Positions 1-10,739 of a stretch of DNA of 64,000 nt are shown piece after piece. Positions within the stretch are counted from its first letter, which is position 1. Every line of letters starts with the position of its first letter. Source of the DNA: an uncultured Verrucomicrobiae bacterium (GTDB lineage Bacteria > Verrucomicrobiota > Verrucomicrobiia > Chthoniobacterales > Chthoniobacteraceae); NCBI GenBank assembly GCA_963828525.1, contig CAWHEP010000009.1, forward strand, positions 192,001-256,000, read 5' to 3'. Below the pieces are notes generated by a model. The model ran no database searches. It saw only the letters and a program-made list of their open reading frames with translations, and was not told the DNA's origin. The position numbers and the translations under genes are program-made.

Positions 1-206
1 CGCCTGACGCGGAGACCAAGCCTTTTCACGTATTTGGGATTGAGCGCGGGCCGCGCGGAGGGGCGTCCGCGCCGATGCCGGATCACGCGGCCGCACAGGC
101 GCGGCAAGACGCGCTTTGTCTAGCGGAGATGCCAGCCGTAAATTGAGTGCCGCAGAGAGTGGCCCTCTCTTCACGGCGCAGACGGGACGCGCCTGATGGC
201 GCGAGC

Positions 207-620
207 TCAGTAACTTGGCGAAACCGTCGAGATGGTTTCCAGCAAGAGGTCCAGCGCAAATGGTTTTTGCAGCACGAGGCCATGCACGCGTTTAAGAAAC
301 CGCGCAACGGAAGGACTCGCGCAATGTCCGCTGATGAAAACAAACTGCTCACAGAATTCCGGTCTTTGTTCGCGAACGGCATCGAACAGCGCTTCCCCTG
401 AACAGTTTGGCATGATGAGGTCACAAACGATCGCGTCGAAATCTTCCTCAAGAATAAATTCGAGCGCCTCGTCGCCGTCATTTACCGAGACAACATCGTA
501 ACCTTCTCTCACCAAATATTCGTGGATCGCTTCCGCGAGCTCGCGGTCATCCTCCACCACAAGCACATTTCCGTTTGACTGGCCGCGTGGCTTGCGCGTT
601 CTGGGTTGCTTTGACCTCAT
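207..620 (-). CDS. Single-domain response regulator (CheY-like receiver)
   Basis: VLVVEDD acidic pocket, DAIVCDLIMP phosphoacceptor Asp, FISG and QKP motifs; no output domain. Confidence 0.88.
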   Translation of the reverse strand: MRSKQPRTRKPRGQSNGNVLVVEDDRELAEAIHEYLVREGYDVVSVNDGDEALEFILEEDFDAIVCDLIMPNCSGEALFDAVREQRPEFCEQFVFISGHCASPSVARFLKRVHGLVLQKPFALDLLLETISTVSPSY

Positions 621-634
621 TGATTGCGGTGGGG

Positions 635-650
635 AGCAGCTAGCGTGCCC
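635..650 (-). promoter_or_regulatory. Possible sigma-54 (-24/-12) promoter for the receiver gene
   Basis: Minus strand GGGCACGCTAGCTGCT has exact GG-N10-GC spacing just upstream of ATG 620. Confidence 0.4.
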
Positions 651-698
651 CGGCCATCGCGCAGAAGGCCCGCGCGGACAAAGAGACGCTTCTCAAAT

Positions 699-1958
699 TC
701 AGGGGAAAAGCCCGCGGCTGTTTTTCGCGGCGATTACTCGCTCCACGCCCATCGCCATGGCGGACATGCGATGCGGAATCCTTGCTTCCCGCGAGCGCTT
801 GATCATGGACGCAAACGCCTGCTCCAATATGCGGAACAGTTTGTCCGTGATTTCCGTCTCATTCCAAAAGAATTGCTGGAGACCCTGAACCCACTCGAAA
901 TACGAGACAATAACGCCTCCCGCGTTGCAGAGTATGTCCGGGATGACGAATATCTCGTTCCAGCGTTCAAAGAGTATGAGGTCGGCATCGGGAGTCGTCG
1001 GTCCGTTCGCAGCTTCGGCCAAGACGCGGCACTTCAAGCTGCCCGCGTTTTTTGCCGTGATGACGGCTTCCACGGCGGCGGGAATGAGAACGTCGCACTT
1101 AAGAGTGAGGAGATCGGCAGCAGGAATCTTCTCCGCGCCTGTGAAGCCCTCCAGGCTGCCGTTGGCGGACGCGTGTCTTTCGGCAGCGGCAACATCGATG
1201 CCACCGGTGTTGAGAAAGGCTCCCGCGACATCACTGATGGCAATGATCTTCATGCCGCCACGGGCCAGGGAAAGAGCCGCCACAGCGCCCACATTTCCAA
1301 ACCCTTGAACGACGGCGGCGCATTGATCTGTCCGAAGCTTGAGGAGGTTTAGAGCGCGCTCGACGAGATAGGCAACACCTCGCCCCGTCGCCTCGCGCCG
1401 CCCGGCGGTTCCCCCTATGGATACGGGCTTGCCAGTCACGATCTCCGGAACGGCATACCCGGTATGGACAGAGTAGGTGTCCATAAACCACGCCATGACC
1501 TGCTCATTCGTACCCATATCCGGGCCGATGATGTCGGTGTGCGGACCGACAAACGGGATCATCTCCTGCATGTATCGCCTCGCGAGTGATTCGAGTTCTT
1601 TCAGGGAAAGTTGGCGGGGGTCAACCGCGACCCCGCCCTTGGCTCCCCCATACGGCAAACCGGTGAGCGCGCACTTCCAGCTCATCCACATGGAAAGCGC
1701 GGCGACCTCTCCCAGAGAAACGGCAGGATGAAAACGGACGCCACCTTTGGTAGGGCCAAACGCGAGGTGGTGCTGAACGCGATACCCTTTGAAGACGTCG
1801 ATGCGCCCATCGTCCATGCGCACAGGAAGGGACACAGCGACGGCTCGCTTTGGGTGGAGCATGCGCTGCCGCATGTTGGCATCCACGTTGAGATAGTCGG
1901 CTGTGACGCGGAACTGTTCACAGGCCATGTCGTAGGTGGGGTCGGAAAAAATATCCAT
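699..1958 (-). CDS. gdhA: Glu/Leu/Phe/Val dehydrogenase (glutamate dehydrogenase)
   Basis: GPTKGGVRF, LPYGGAKGG, GPDMGT, TGKP..GG..GR.EATGRG, VQGFGNVG, EAANGP, NAGGVIVSYFEW. Confidence 0.92.
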   Translation of the reverse strand: MDIFSDPTYDMACEQFRVTADYLNVDANMRQRMLHPKRAVAVSLPVRMDDGRIDVFKGYRVQHHLAFGPTKGGVRFHPAVSLGEVAALSMWMSWKCALTGLPYGGAKGGVAVDPRQLSLKELESLARRYMQEMIPFVGPHTDIIGPDMGTNEQVMAWFMDTYSVHTGYAVPEIVTGKPVSIGGTAGRREATGRGVAYLVERALNLLKLRTDQCAAVVQGFGNVGAVAALSLARGGMKIIAISDVAGAFLNTGGIDVAAAERHASANGSLEGFTGAEKIPAADLLTLKCDVLIPAAVEAVITAKNAGSLKCRVLAEAANGPTTPDADLILFERWNEIFVIPDILCNAGGVIVSYFEWVQGLQQFFWNETEITDKLFRILEQAFASMIKRSREARIPHRMSAMAMGVERVIAAKNSRGLFP

Positions 1959-2101
1959 GGGGTGACTTAAAGCGGCTTTGTCAAAGCCAGAGGCGTTTAC
2001 CGCGACAGGCAGGGAATAGCCCGCAGTGGCGCATCCCTCATCCTAAGGAAAATGAAGGAGGAGGCAAGCGGAAGCAGATCAGGAGAGCAGATGGATAGCC
2101 G

Positions 2102-2569
2102 CTAAACTTCTTCGATGCTCTTCATCGTCTGCGAGAGGGGAAGATAGAACTCTTTATGGCGAAGCACCGCTCGGCGCAGGACGGGCTTAAGATTGGCAAC
2201 ATCCGATATACTGAAAGCCAGATCGACTCCGTGCAGGAAAGCCACCATTTCATCGCTGCTGACCATGCTCGAGCCGATGAGGACGAGGAATTGCAAGCGG
2301 CGCTGCGTGGAAGGTATCTGCGTCATCTCGGCAAGCACCTGATTTGTCTCCAGGTCCGAGTCGTTGAAGCTCTCGTAAATGACCACCACGTCATAGACGT
2401 GTGTCCGCATCTTCAGTGAGATATCTTCGACGAAGAGGCCGGTGTGAATTTTGTAACTGAGTGCCGCCAGTTGCTCCACGACAGTTTTCTGGAGGTCAGG
2501 CTCGTCGATACAAACAAGCGCGGTCGCGTCGCCCGTCTCAAAAAGGTCGGACCTAGTCTGGACTTCCAT
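2102..2569 (-). CDS. Receiver-like (probably atypical) protein coupled to the pilT-family genes
   Basis: 155 aa with alpha/beta receiver-like pattern (ALVCIDE, YDVVVI); starts 1 nt after the upstream ATPase stop. Confidence 0.6.
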   Translation of the reverse strand: MEVQTRSDLFETGDATALVCIDEPDLQKTVVEQLAALSYKIHTGLFVEDISLKMRTHVYDVVVIYESFNDSDLETNQVLAEMTQIPSTQRRLQFLVLIGSSMVSSDEMVAFLHGVDLAFSISDVANLKPVLRRAVLRHKEFYLPLSQTMKSIEEV

Positions 2570-2570
2570 A

Positions 2571-3743
2571 TTAATGGCCTCCTCGCGCGAGAGCGGGAAT
2601 ATCGAGGCGCAGGCCGGAAAGCGTCTCCTGCGCGGTGCCGCGCATCTTCTTTACGTCGTCGATGGCGCGGGAAACCTTCCCCTTCCGTGTCGCGTAAAGG
2701 TGCGCGGTCTCCTCAGTCAATAGACCGGCCTCGTATGCTCGCGAAATGGATTGGTCGAAGGTTGTCCAGCCGAAGGTCGAACTGGCCTCAATAATCTCAT
2801 AGAAGCTCCTGCCATCTGTCTCCCCCAAGGCGACGGTTTCACGCGTGCGCAGATTTGGCCCCATGATCTCCGTCAAGAGGAGCCGCCCGCCGCCGCGCTT
2901 GGGAGCGAGGCGCTGGCTGACGACATACCGCAGCGTATCCGCCATCCGGAGTCGCAACTGCGCTTCCTCGGAGCGATCAAAAAGGCCGAGGATGCGGTTA
3001 ATTGATTGCCCAGCGTCTATCGTGTGCAGGGTGCTAAACACAAGGTGACCTGTCTCCGCGGCTGTCAGAGCGACCTCGACTGTGTGGCGATCTCGCATTT
3101 CACCGACCAAGATGACTTTTGGCGCTTGTCGCAACGCGGCCCGGAGGCCGCTGGGGTAATCGTCAAAATCCTGCCCCAACTCACGCTGGCTAAAGGTGGC
3201 CTTTTTGTGCGGATGAACAAACTCGATGGGATCTTCAAGCGTGACGATGTGAACCGGCTGGTTCTCATTAATCTCGTTCAGGATCGCCGCGAGGGTCGTC
3301 GTCTTCCCGCTCCCTGTCGAGCCGGTGAGAAGGACGAGGCCGTTCTTCTCGCGACTGATCTCCTGGAAGATGGCGGGGAGACCGAGGAGCCCGAGAGTGG
3401 GAATCTCGGATTGAAGCTTCCGCATGACGATGGAGAAACAGCCGCGCTGACGAAAGACATTCACGCGGAAGCGGGCCCGTTCATTGAGCGAGTAGCTGCA
3501 GTCGCATGAGCCGTTCACAACAAGATGACGAAGAAGGGCGCGGTTATTACCGATGACGCAGAGCGCGATCTGTTCGGTCTGGTAGGGTGTAAGCCTGTGA
3601 ATATCCGGATAAATATTCGCTGCTTTTAGTTCGCCGTAATGCTCCACCTGGAGGGGACGACCGACAGCAAAAATGAGATCGGAAATATCTGTGTACGACT
3701 CCAGCATCGCCCCGAGGATGGAGTTTAGATCGGTTCTTCGCAT
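2571..3743 (-). CDS. PilT/PilU-family type IV pilus retraction ATPase
   Basis: Walker A GSTGSGKT, TLEDPIE Asp box, ALRQAPKVILVGEMRD, ETGHLVFSTLHT His box; lacks the AIRNLIRE motif. Confidence 0.92.
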   Translation of the reverse strand: MRRTDLNSILGAMLESYTDISDLIFAVGRPLQVEHYGELKAANIYPDIHRLTPYQTEQIALCVIGNNRALLRHLVVNGSCDCSYSLNERARFRVNVFRQRGCFSIVMRKLQSEIPTLGLLGLPAIFQEISREKNGLVLLTGSTGSGKTTTLAAILNEINENQPVHIVTLEDPIEFVHPHKKATFSQRELGQDFDDYPSGLRAALRQAPKVILVGEMRDRHTVEVALTAAETGHLVFSTLHTIDAGQSINRILGLFDRSEEAQLRLRMADTLRYVVSQRLAPKRGGGRLLLTEIMGPNLRTRETVALGETDGRSFYEIIEASSTFGWTTFDQSISRAYEAGLLTEETAHLYATRKGKVSRAIDDVKKMRGTAQETLSGLRLDIPALARGGH

Positions 3744-3755
3744 GAGAGTTTGCGG

Positions 3756-4835
3756 CTATTCCTCGAAATCATCCGGTGGCGTCTTCAGCAGCGCCCTGAA
3801 TTTCTTTTTGTCCGCAGCCTTTTCGTAAGCCTCTTCGGGACTGATGCGCGCCGCGCGCAAGTGTTCCATGATCGCGTCGTCGAGCGGCTGGTTCCCCTTC
3901 TTCTTTCCCACCTGCATCATGCCGGGGATCTGGTGAGTTTTGGCTTCGCGAATAAGGTTGGCTATGGGGCTGTCGCAAACCAGGATTTCCAACGCGGCGC
4001 ATCGCCCGGGCTTGTCCACGCGTTTGAAAAGGTTCTGCGCGACCACTCCTTTCAGAGATTCTGAAAGCGAGGCGCGAATCTGGTTTTGCTGATTTGTGGG
4101 AAACACGTCAATAATACGGTCGATGGTTTTTGGCGCGCTGGAAGTGTGCAACGTGCCAAAGACAAGGTGACCGGTTGCGGCGGCAGTGAGAGCGAGATCA
4201 ATCGTCTCCAAGTCTCGCATTTCTCCCACGAGAATGATGTCGGGATCTTCGCGCAACGCGCCACGCAGGGCGGAGGCAAAAGACTTCGTATGCACACCGA
4301 CCTCCCTGTGATTGACGAGACATTGCTGACTCCTATGCACAAACTCGATGGGATCCTCCACCGTGATGATGTGATCTTTGCGGTGCAGGTTCGCGTGGTC
4401 CACCATTGCGGCAAGGGTTGTTGATTTCCCGGAGCCTGTTGGACCTGTGACGAGCACCATCCCTTTTTTGAGCATCGCGAACCGCTTAATGACCGGAGGA
4501 AGACCGAGTTGCTCCGCGGTAAGGACTTTGCTGGGAATCAGACGAAAAACCGCCGCTATACCAGCCTTTTGGTTCAGGAAGTTCGCGCGATAACGCGCGA
4601 AGCCGGGATACTCATAGCCGAAGTCCACATCGCCGGTCTCCTCAAAAAGCTTGATTTTAATTTCTGGGGCAATCTCATAGACTAGCGCCTTCAGGTCGTC
4701 GTTCTCCAGAGGAGGCGCGTCAATCCTGATGAGTTCACCATGGATTCGAAGCATCGGCGGGTTGCCTGTGGAAAGGTGCAGGTCGGAAGCGTCCTGCTCT
4801 TTCATGAACTTGAAAAATGAATCTATCCTTGCCAT
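3756..4835 (-). CDS. pilT: Type IV pilus retraction ATPase PilT
   Basis: ASDLHL, GPTGSGKST, EDPIE, ALREDPDIILVGEMRD, TGHLVFGTLHT, PIANLIRE (AIRNLIRE motif). Confidence 0.93.
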   Translation of the reverse strand: MARIDSFFKFMKEQDASDLHLSTGNPPMLRIHGELIRIDAPPLENDDLKALVYEIAPEIKIKLFEETGDVDFGYEYPGFARYRANFLNQKAGIAAVFRLIPSKVLTAEQLGLPPVIKRFAMLKKGMVLVTGPTGSGKSTTLAAMVDHANLHRKDHIITVEDPIEFVHRSQQCLVNHREVGVHTKSFASALRGALREDPDIILVGEMRDLETIDLALTAAATGHLVFGTLHTSSAPKTIDRIIDVFPTNQQNQIRASLSESLKGVVAQNLFKRVDKPGRCAALEILVCDSPIANLIREAKTHQIPGMMQVGKKKGNQPLDDAIMEHLRAARISPEEAYEKAADKKKFRALLKTPPDDFEE

Positions 4836-4992
4836 ACAAATCCCGTCCAGTAGCTAGACCGATGCCATCCGCGTCGGAAAGTAGTTTAAAAGCCATTGGA
4901 ATGGAGATCGAATCGGTGTATGACAAAAGAGACTTTGAAGCGTTTATCCGGTCAGCTTTGTCCGGGGACACGCCGGCTTCAGCAATATTTTC

Positions 4993-5613
4993 GTGTTTCG
5001 CGGGTCAAATGGGAAGGAGCGGGGTTTAGCAGCGGTGATAATCTCTGAACAACAGCGGGCGAGCCTGGGCGCGGATGGATTAGGAAATAGCCTGGCGAAC
5101 CAGCCGAGGCTGATCTTGCTTGGTGAGCTCCTGGCGTTCATAGCGTTAATCGCGTGGGGTGATTGGGTGACAGGCTATGAGATCAGCTTCGGGGTGTTCT
5201 ACACGATCCCCGTGATAACGGCCGTATGGCTGGGTAGTCGCCGATCTGGGATTTCGTTAGCCGTTCTGGTGATTTTAGTCCGGCATATCGTAGATGTCCT
5301 TTCAAAGCACCCGTTCTCCCACGAGTGGATTCACTATTGGAATGACGGCGTCAGGCTCTCGTATCTGCTGATGATCGTTTATGGGGCTACGGCAGCGAAG
5401 TTTCAGATCGACTCGGGCAAGAAACACATCAGGACGCTGGAAGGCATCCTGCCGGTATGCACCTCGTGCCAGCGCATCCGGGATGACTCTGGACATTGGA
5501 GCGATATCAGCGTTTACCTCAGTTCTCACACGGAGGCGGAGCCAACGGCAAAGCTGTGCCCGGATTGCGCAAAGAGACACTACATCGGCGTCTCCTCTGA
5601 CAAGGTCCGCTGA
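4993..5613 (+). CDS. Membrane sensor-like protein (about 4 TM) with C-terminal Cys4 putative Zn-binding domain; start uncertain
   Basis: Hydrophobic helices followed by LEGILPVCTSCQRIRDD..W..LCPDC. Confidence 0.7.
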   Translation: MFRGSNGKERGLAAVIISEQQRASLGADGLGNSLANQPRLILLGELLAFIALIAWGDWVTGYEISFGVFYTIPVITAVWLGSRRSGISLAVLVILVRHIVDVLSKHPFSHEWIHYWNDGVRLSYLLMIVYGATAAKFQIDSGKKHIRTLEGILPVCTSCQRIRDDSGHWSDISVYLSSHTEAEPTAKLCPDCAKRHYIGVSSDKVR

Positions 5614-5624
5614 CCGCATTCCGC

Positions 5625-5653
5625 TTGCGTCACCGCATGGGATTAGGTAGCTT
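5625..5653 (+). promoter_or_regulatory. Sigma-70-like promoter, probably leaderless, for the IscA/ErpA gene
   Basis: TTGCGT-N17-TAGCTT ending 7 nt before ATG 5661. Confidence 0.45.
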
Positions 5654-5660
5654 TGCCTAG

Positions 5661-5996
5661 ATGATCACCGTAACGGAGAATGCGGCAAAACACCTGCAGA
5701 GCCTTCTACTCGAGCAGGCAGAGGCGGCGAGCAAGGGATTGCGTATTTTCGTGGAGCACGGGGGATGCGCCGGGATGCAATACGGCATGACCCTGGATGA
5801 GGCAAAAGAGGGGGACGAGATCATCGAAAAGGGAGGCGCGCGGTTGCTGGTGGATTCTGCGAGCGCTAATTATCTGAGAGGCTCAACCATCGACTACCGC
5901 GACGAACTTGCCGGTTCCGGCTTTCGGATCGACAACCCTAATGCCGCGAGGAGTTGCGGCTGCGGTTCCTCGTTCGAGGCGTCCGAGGAGAGATGA
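5661..5996 (+). CDS. A-type Fe-S carrier (HesB/IscA/ErpA family)
   Basis: MITVTENAA start, GGCAG, NPNAARSCGCGSSF. Confidence 0.93.
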   Translation: MITVTENAAKHLQSLLLEQAEAASKGLRIFVEHGGCAGMQYGMTLDEAKEGDEIIEKGGARLLVDSASANYLRGSTIDYRDELAGSGFRIDNPNAARSCGCGSSFEASEER

Positions 5997-6071
5997 CCTT
6001 TGTCATCGGACGGTTGCGCGTGGCGCAACCGGCTCTGGATAGCCGATTCAGGGTTTAGCGCGGGCCTCATC

Positions 6072-7592
6072 ATGGATGACGATTTCTTTAGGGATGGAGA
6101 ACTACAGAGGGAGGAACATGACAACCTGTTCGGTTGGACTGTTTTCATCCTGCTACTGGTCGGGTTCGCCTTGGCGTGCTGGCTGGGAACTTTCTATGTG
6201 TTTGGCCATCCAGAGAACCCGCGCAGCTATAGCATTCTCAAGAAGCTAAAGAAGATCGAAGCGCCCAAACGCTTCGAGTTGACCGGAGCTCCTCCGGGCG
6301 AATTCCTAACGGCTCGCAAGGGGTACGACAGGTATATCAGCTTCACGAGACTGCAGCTCAAGAACGAGAATGATTTTCTTCTGCGAACGTACATCGACAA
6401 TTTCCAGGAGATGAAGCGGTTGGTGCCCTACATGGTCGGGCGTTACACAATCGTGCAATCCCGCGTTCTGACTTCCTCCGACATGTTTACTTCCGGTGTG
6501 GTCGCGCTCGCGCAAGCTGTGGATTTCCCGCAGGTGCTCGTGGAATCGATTTACACGGCCCCGCCCGCAAGCGTCCAGTCGCTGAAAAACATGCTATCAG
6601 CCGGGGTGACGATTGAGTTAAAGAGAACGCTCGATCTCTCCGCCATTGTTCATGTCGAGAGACTTCAGGATGGCAGGTTGCAGTTCAGCATTTTGCCCCT
6701 GCTTTATGGCACCTACGCGATGAAGCAGGGGTCGGGGAGCTTCAGCCTGGAACCACCGCCCGACCTCAACGTCGCAGCCGGTGTCCCGGTCATCAAGGCC
6801 TCCTCGCTACAGAATGCCATCCGGCTATACGCGAGCCGGAATACTTCATCGGAGAAGGCCCAGGGCGTCGCAACGTCCTCCCCCTCTCCCGGCAGCGCGG
6901 ATCTCGTCCGCGTGGAAGAAAACACGCCGGTCAATGTCAACATCGCGCAAGCGGTGCCCGTCATGATGCCTTCCCCACGCGCGGCAACGGCAACAATGCC
7001 TTCCCCTGCCATCGCAAAGCCAAGCCCGGTGCTTGCCGTGGTTTCGCCGACTCCTCCGTTGGTTGCGATGAACACCAGCCCCATTCCGCCCCCGGAGATC
7101 GAGACGCCCTCACCAGCAGTGGAAGCGGCAACACCCATCCCGCTCTTCCCAGAAAAGGTTCCTTTGCAGCCCTTCCTGGTAGCGAAGCCAGCGCAAACTC
7201 TTTCGAATCCAGAGGGGGGCCATTGGCGCACCTACTCGCCCGGACTGATGCCCCGCGGGAGGCTGGTGGAATCCTCGGAACTACCGAGACTGGCGGACGG
7301 CAGCCTCGGCAGCGAGCTGCTATACCTGCGCGGCCAGTTCACGGTCACGGCCGTTCAGGAAAACCGCGCTGTGCTCCGGTTGAAAAGCGGGCTGGGCAGC
7401 GCGCTCATCCATCTTGTGAAACCCGGCGCGTCCCCACGAATCATCGTGGAATATCCCGCGGCAGAAACGCCACCGCAGGAAGGAGCAAGCCTCACACGGG
7501 GGGACGCGCGCCCATTCTTGATTACCGACATCCGCCGAGGCGCTGACGGGGAAATAAACGTTTACGCGCGCGAGGTCACGGTTCAGCCATAG
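6072..7592 (+). CDS. Membrane-anchored hypothetical protein with Pro/Ala-rich linker
   Basis: Long ORF; N-terminal TM (LFGWTVFILLLVGFALACWLG), central Pro-rich segment, globular C-terminus; start placed at ATG 6072. Confidence 0.75.
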   Translation: MDDDFFRDGELQREEHDNLFGWTVFILLLVGFALACWLGTFYVFGHPENPRSYSILKKLKKIEAPKRFELTGAPPGEFLTARKGYDRYISFTRLQLKNENDFLLRTYIDNFQEMKRLVPYMVGRYTIVQSRVLTSSDMFTSGVVALAQAVDFPQVLVESIYTAPPASVQSLKNMLSAGVTIELKRTLDLSAIVHVERLQDGRLQFSILPLLYGTYAMKQGSGSFSLEPPPDLNVAAGVPVIKASSLQNAIRLYASRNTSSEKAQGVATSSPSPGSADLVRVEENTPVNVNIAQAVPVMMPSPRAATATMPSPAIAKPSPVLAVVSPTPPLVAMNTSPIPPPEIETPSPAVEAATPIPLFPEKVPLQPFLVAKPAQTLSNPEGGHWRTYSPGLMPRGRLVESSELPRLADGSLGSELLYLRGQFTVTAVQENRAVLRLKSGLGSALIHLVKPGASPRIIVEYPAAETPPQEGASLTRGDARPFLITDIRRGADGEINVYAREVTVQP

Positions 7593-7678
7593 CAGCGCAG
7601 CGTTTCTTAGGCTTTGACACTGGGGATGGGGTGACACAAGGTCTCCGCTCCATTTAATTCAACCCTCTCCGCACTGTT

Positions 7679-9271
7679 ATGGCTGTTCCAAAAGTTCTCG
7701 TCGCTGATCCTATTTCCGAAAAAGGAATCGAGGAACTTGCCAAGGGGGGATTACTCGAGGTTACGGTCAGCACGGGTTTGAAGGAAGATCAGCTTCTACC
7801 CATCATAGGGGAATATTCCGCGCTTGTGGTGCGCAGCCAAACCAAGGCGACGGCGAAGCTGATCCAAGCCGCTGATCGCCTGAAGGTGATCGGGCGGGCT
7901 GGCGTTGGAGTCGATAACGTGGATGTCGAAGCCGCGACCCGGCGAGGCATCATCGTGATGAACACGCCGGGCGGGAATACAATCTCCACGGCGGAACACT
8001 CCTTCTCCCTGCTCGTGTCGATCGCGCGTAACATCCCTCAAGCCGACGCGAGCATGAAAGCGGGCCGATGGGATCGCAAAAAGTACGAGGGAGTGGAGAT
8101 TTACAACAAGACGCTGGCCGTGCTCGGGATGGGCAGGATCGGAACAGAAGTCGCCCGGCGGGCCATCGCGTTTGGAATGCGGGTAATGGCATATGATCCC
8201 TATTTGTCCGCCACACGAGCAAGGACGCTCCAGGTGGAACTAGTGGACGACCTGGATGATCTGGTGCCCCATGCTGACTTCATCACGCTTCACATGCCGC
8301 TCACGCCGGAAACGCATCACATGCTGAACGCGGAGCGCCTCGGAAAGGCAAAAAAGGGGGTCCGCATCATCAACTGCGCGCGGGGAGGCCTGGTGGATGA
8401 GGTGGCGCTGGCGGCCGCGATGAAGGAGGGGATCGTAGCGGCGGCGGCTCTGGACGTCTATGAGACGGAACCTCCGGGGCCCGATTTCGCTTTGCGAGAT
8501 TTGCCTGGCGTGGTGCTCACGCCGCACCTCGGCGCTTCAACAGCCGAAGCGCAAGAGAGCGTCGGCATTGAAATTGCGGAAGCGATCCGGGCGGCGCTGC
8601 TTGAGGGGACGATCCGCAACGCGGTAAACATGCCAAACCTGGACGCGAAGACGCTGGCGGTGATCGGGCCTTACCTGAACCTGGGAGAACGTCTGGGCCG
8701 GTTTCTCTCGCAGACGGCTCCGAAGCGCTGCGAGTGGCTGAATATCAATTTCAGCGGGAAGGTAAGCGAGGTTGATACAACGCCGGTGACACGCTCAGTC
8801 CTAAAGGGGTTCCTGGAGGCTGCGGGCGGCGGGGAGGTGAACCAGGTGAATGCTCCGGCTCTGGCGACTACGCTTGGCGTGAAAGTCACGGAATCTCGGA
8901 TCAGCGTACCGGGAGATTTCACAGAGCTCATCGAAGTATCCGCGGGTTGCGCGGGAGACTCCGTTTCCCTGGCAGGCACCTTCTTTGGCTCGACACCGCG
9001 AATCGTGCGTTTTAACGACCGGTATGTGGAGGCCCGCCCGAGCGGCGTGCTTCTTTTGCTGGAAAACCGGGACAGGCCCGGAATCGTCGGGACAGTCGGA
9101 ACGATGATGGGAGCGCACGGAGTCAATATCGCGGGGATGTCGCTAAGCCGGAACGAAGCGGGCGGGACGGCTCTGACGGTGCTGAACCTGGATACCGCGC
9201 CTGACGCGGCATTCCTGAAGGAGCTCCTGGCGCTGGATGATATCGAGTCGGCCCGCGTCATCCAACTGTGA
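7679..9271 (+). CDS. serA: D-3-phosphoglycerate dehydrogenase with C-terminal ASB/ACT domains
   Basis: RAGVGVDNVD, GMGRIG, NCARGGLVDE, TPHLGASTAEAQ, ACT-like NRDRPGIVG. Confidence 0.95.
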   Translation: MAVPKVLVADPISEKGIEELAKGGLLEVTVSTGLKEDQLLPIIGEYSALVVRSQTKATAKLIQAADRLKVIGRAGVGVDNVDVEAATRRGIIVMNTPGGNTISTAEHSFSLLVSIARNIPQADASMKAGRWDRKKYEGVEIYNKTLAVLGMGRIGTEVARRAIAFGMRVMAYDPYLSATRARTLQVELVDDLDDLVPHADFITLHMPLTPETHHMLNAERLGKAKKGVRIINCARGGLVDEVALAAAMKEGIVAAAALDVYETEPPGPDFALRDLPGVVLTPHLGASTAEAQESVGIEIAEAIRAALLEGTIRNAVNMPNLDAKTLAVIGPYLNLGERLGRFLSQTAPKRCEWLNINFSGKVSEVDTTPVTRSVLKGFLEAAGGGEVNQVNAPALATTLGVKVTESRISVPGDFTELIEVSAGCAGDSVSLAGTFFGSTPRIVRFNDRYVEARPSGVLLLLENRDRPGIVGTVGTMMGAHGVNIAGMSLSRNEAGGTALTVLNLDTAPDAAFLKELLALDDIESARVIQL

Positions 9272-10696
9272 AGCTGGAATTCACCGTCACCTCGCCCAAG
9301 GAAGGGACTCGCGTTCGCTTCTTTCCGAAGGAGAGCCGGGCTGAAACCCCCATCGCAGTCGCGGGAGAAGGAATTCTCCGGGAAGGCGAACACCCTCCTC
9401 CGTTTGCATTCGCCTGATGTCCTCTGCGTGGGCCTCGGAGATGGCGGGAAGGTGGACGCGCAAGTCCTGCGATCCGCCACCGGGGCAGCGATCATGCGCC
9501 TGGCGAAGATCGGGGTTGAGAGCGCGACTTTGGAGCTGGGGACCTGGCATCCATTTGCGGGAGAGATCGTGGAAGGAGCGCTCCTCGCCAGCTATCGGTT
9601 TGATGAGTTCAGAGCATCCCACGGATGTTCATTGAAGACGCTACGGCTGCAATGCGCGGCTCGAGACATGGGCGCGGTGAAGCAGAACGCGCGAAAGAGC
9701 CTGCTCCTCGCCGAGGCTGTAAACTACGCGCGGGAAATCGCCAACCAACCTGGCAACGTGATCAATCCTGCGGCGCTTGCGGCAGAGGCGGCAAAGCTCG
9801 CCCGCCGAAAGAGACTTTCCATTCAAGTGATGGATGAGAAGATGCTGCGGGCTGGCGGGTTCGGAGGCCTGCTCGCGGTAGGCGGAGGCAGCGCGCATCC
9901 TCCGCGTCTGATTGTCCTGGAACACCGCGGAAACCCCTCTTCCAAAGACGTCATCGCATTGGTCGGAAAGGCGATCACGTTCGATAGTGGCGGAATCTCG
10001 CTGAAACCTTCCGACAAGATGGAAGAAATGGTCTTCGACAAGTGCGGCGGAATCGCGGTGCTGGGCGCGATGGCAGCGATTTCAGATTTTCGCGTCAAGC
10101 AAAATGTCGTTGGCATCATCGCGAGCGCGGAGAATTTGCCAGGGCCTCTCGCGTACCGGCCGGGGGACATCGTTACGGCTTTCGATGGCAAAAATATAGA
10201 GATCATCAACACCGACGCGGAGGGGCGGGTGGTACTTGCGGACGCGATTGGATACGCTCGCAAGGAGAAGAAGGCGCGCGCAATCATCGACGTGGCAACC
10301 CTGACGGGCGCCATTGGAGTCGCGTTGGGCGAACAAGCGGCGGGTTTATGGAGCAATTCAGACGCGCTGAATGCCGCGGTGATGGCAGCCGGCGCGAAGT
10401 CCGGGGAGCGATTTTGGCCGATGCCCCTCTTTGCGGAATACCATGAGCAGATCAAGAGTGACGTCGCTCTGGTGAAGAACTCCGCCGGGCGGCTTGGGGG
10501 GTCCTGCACGGCAGCCGCTTTCCTGCAAACGTTCGCAGTCGACACGCCGTGGGTTCACCTGGATATCGCCTACATGGCCAGCCATCTGAAGGATCGCCCG
10601 GATATGGGGCGTGGCGCCACGGGGTTTGGAGTGCGAACACTTGCGCGCCTTGTTCAGGACTGGAAGCCTGGACTAACGCAGGCCGCGTCCGCATGA
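9268..10696 (+). CDS. pepA: Leucyl aminopeptidase (M17); apparent frameshift near 9360
   Basis: VGKAITFDSGG, DKCGG, NTDAEGR, DVATLTGA, WVHLDIA. A GTG overlapping the serA stop gives MKLEFTV... out of frame with the EKEFSGKANTLL frame. Confidence 0.88.
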
Positions 10697-10739
10697 AAAA
10701 TCCTTTTGCGACGAAGGACGGCAGGCTTATAAAGTTGGA

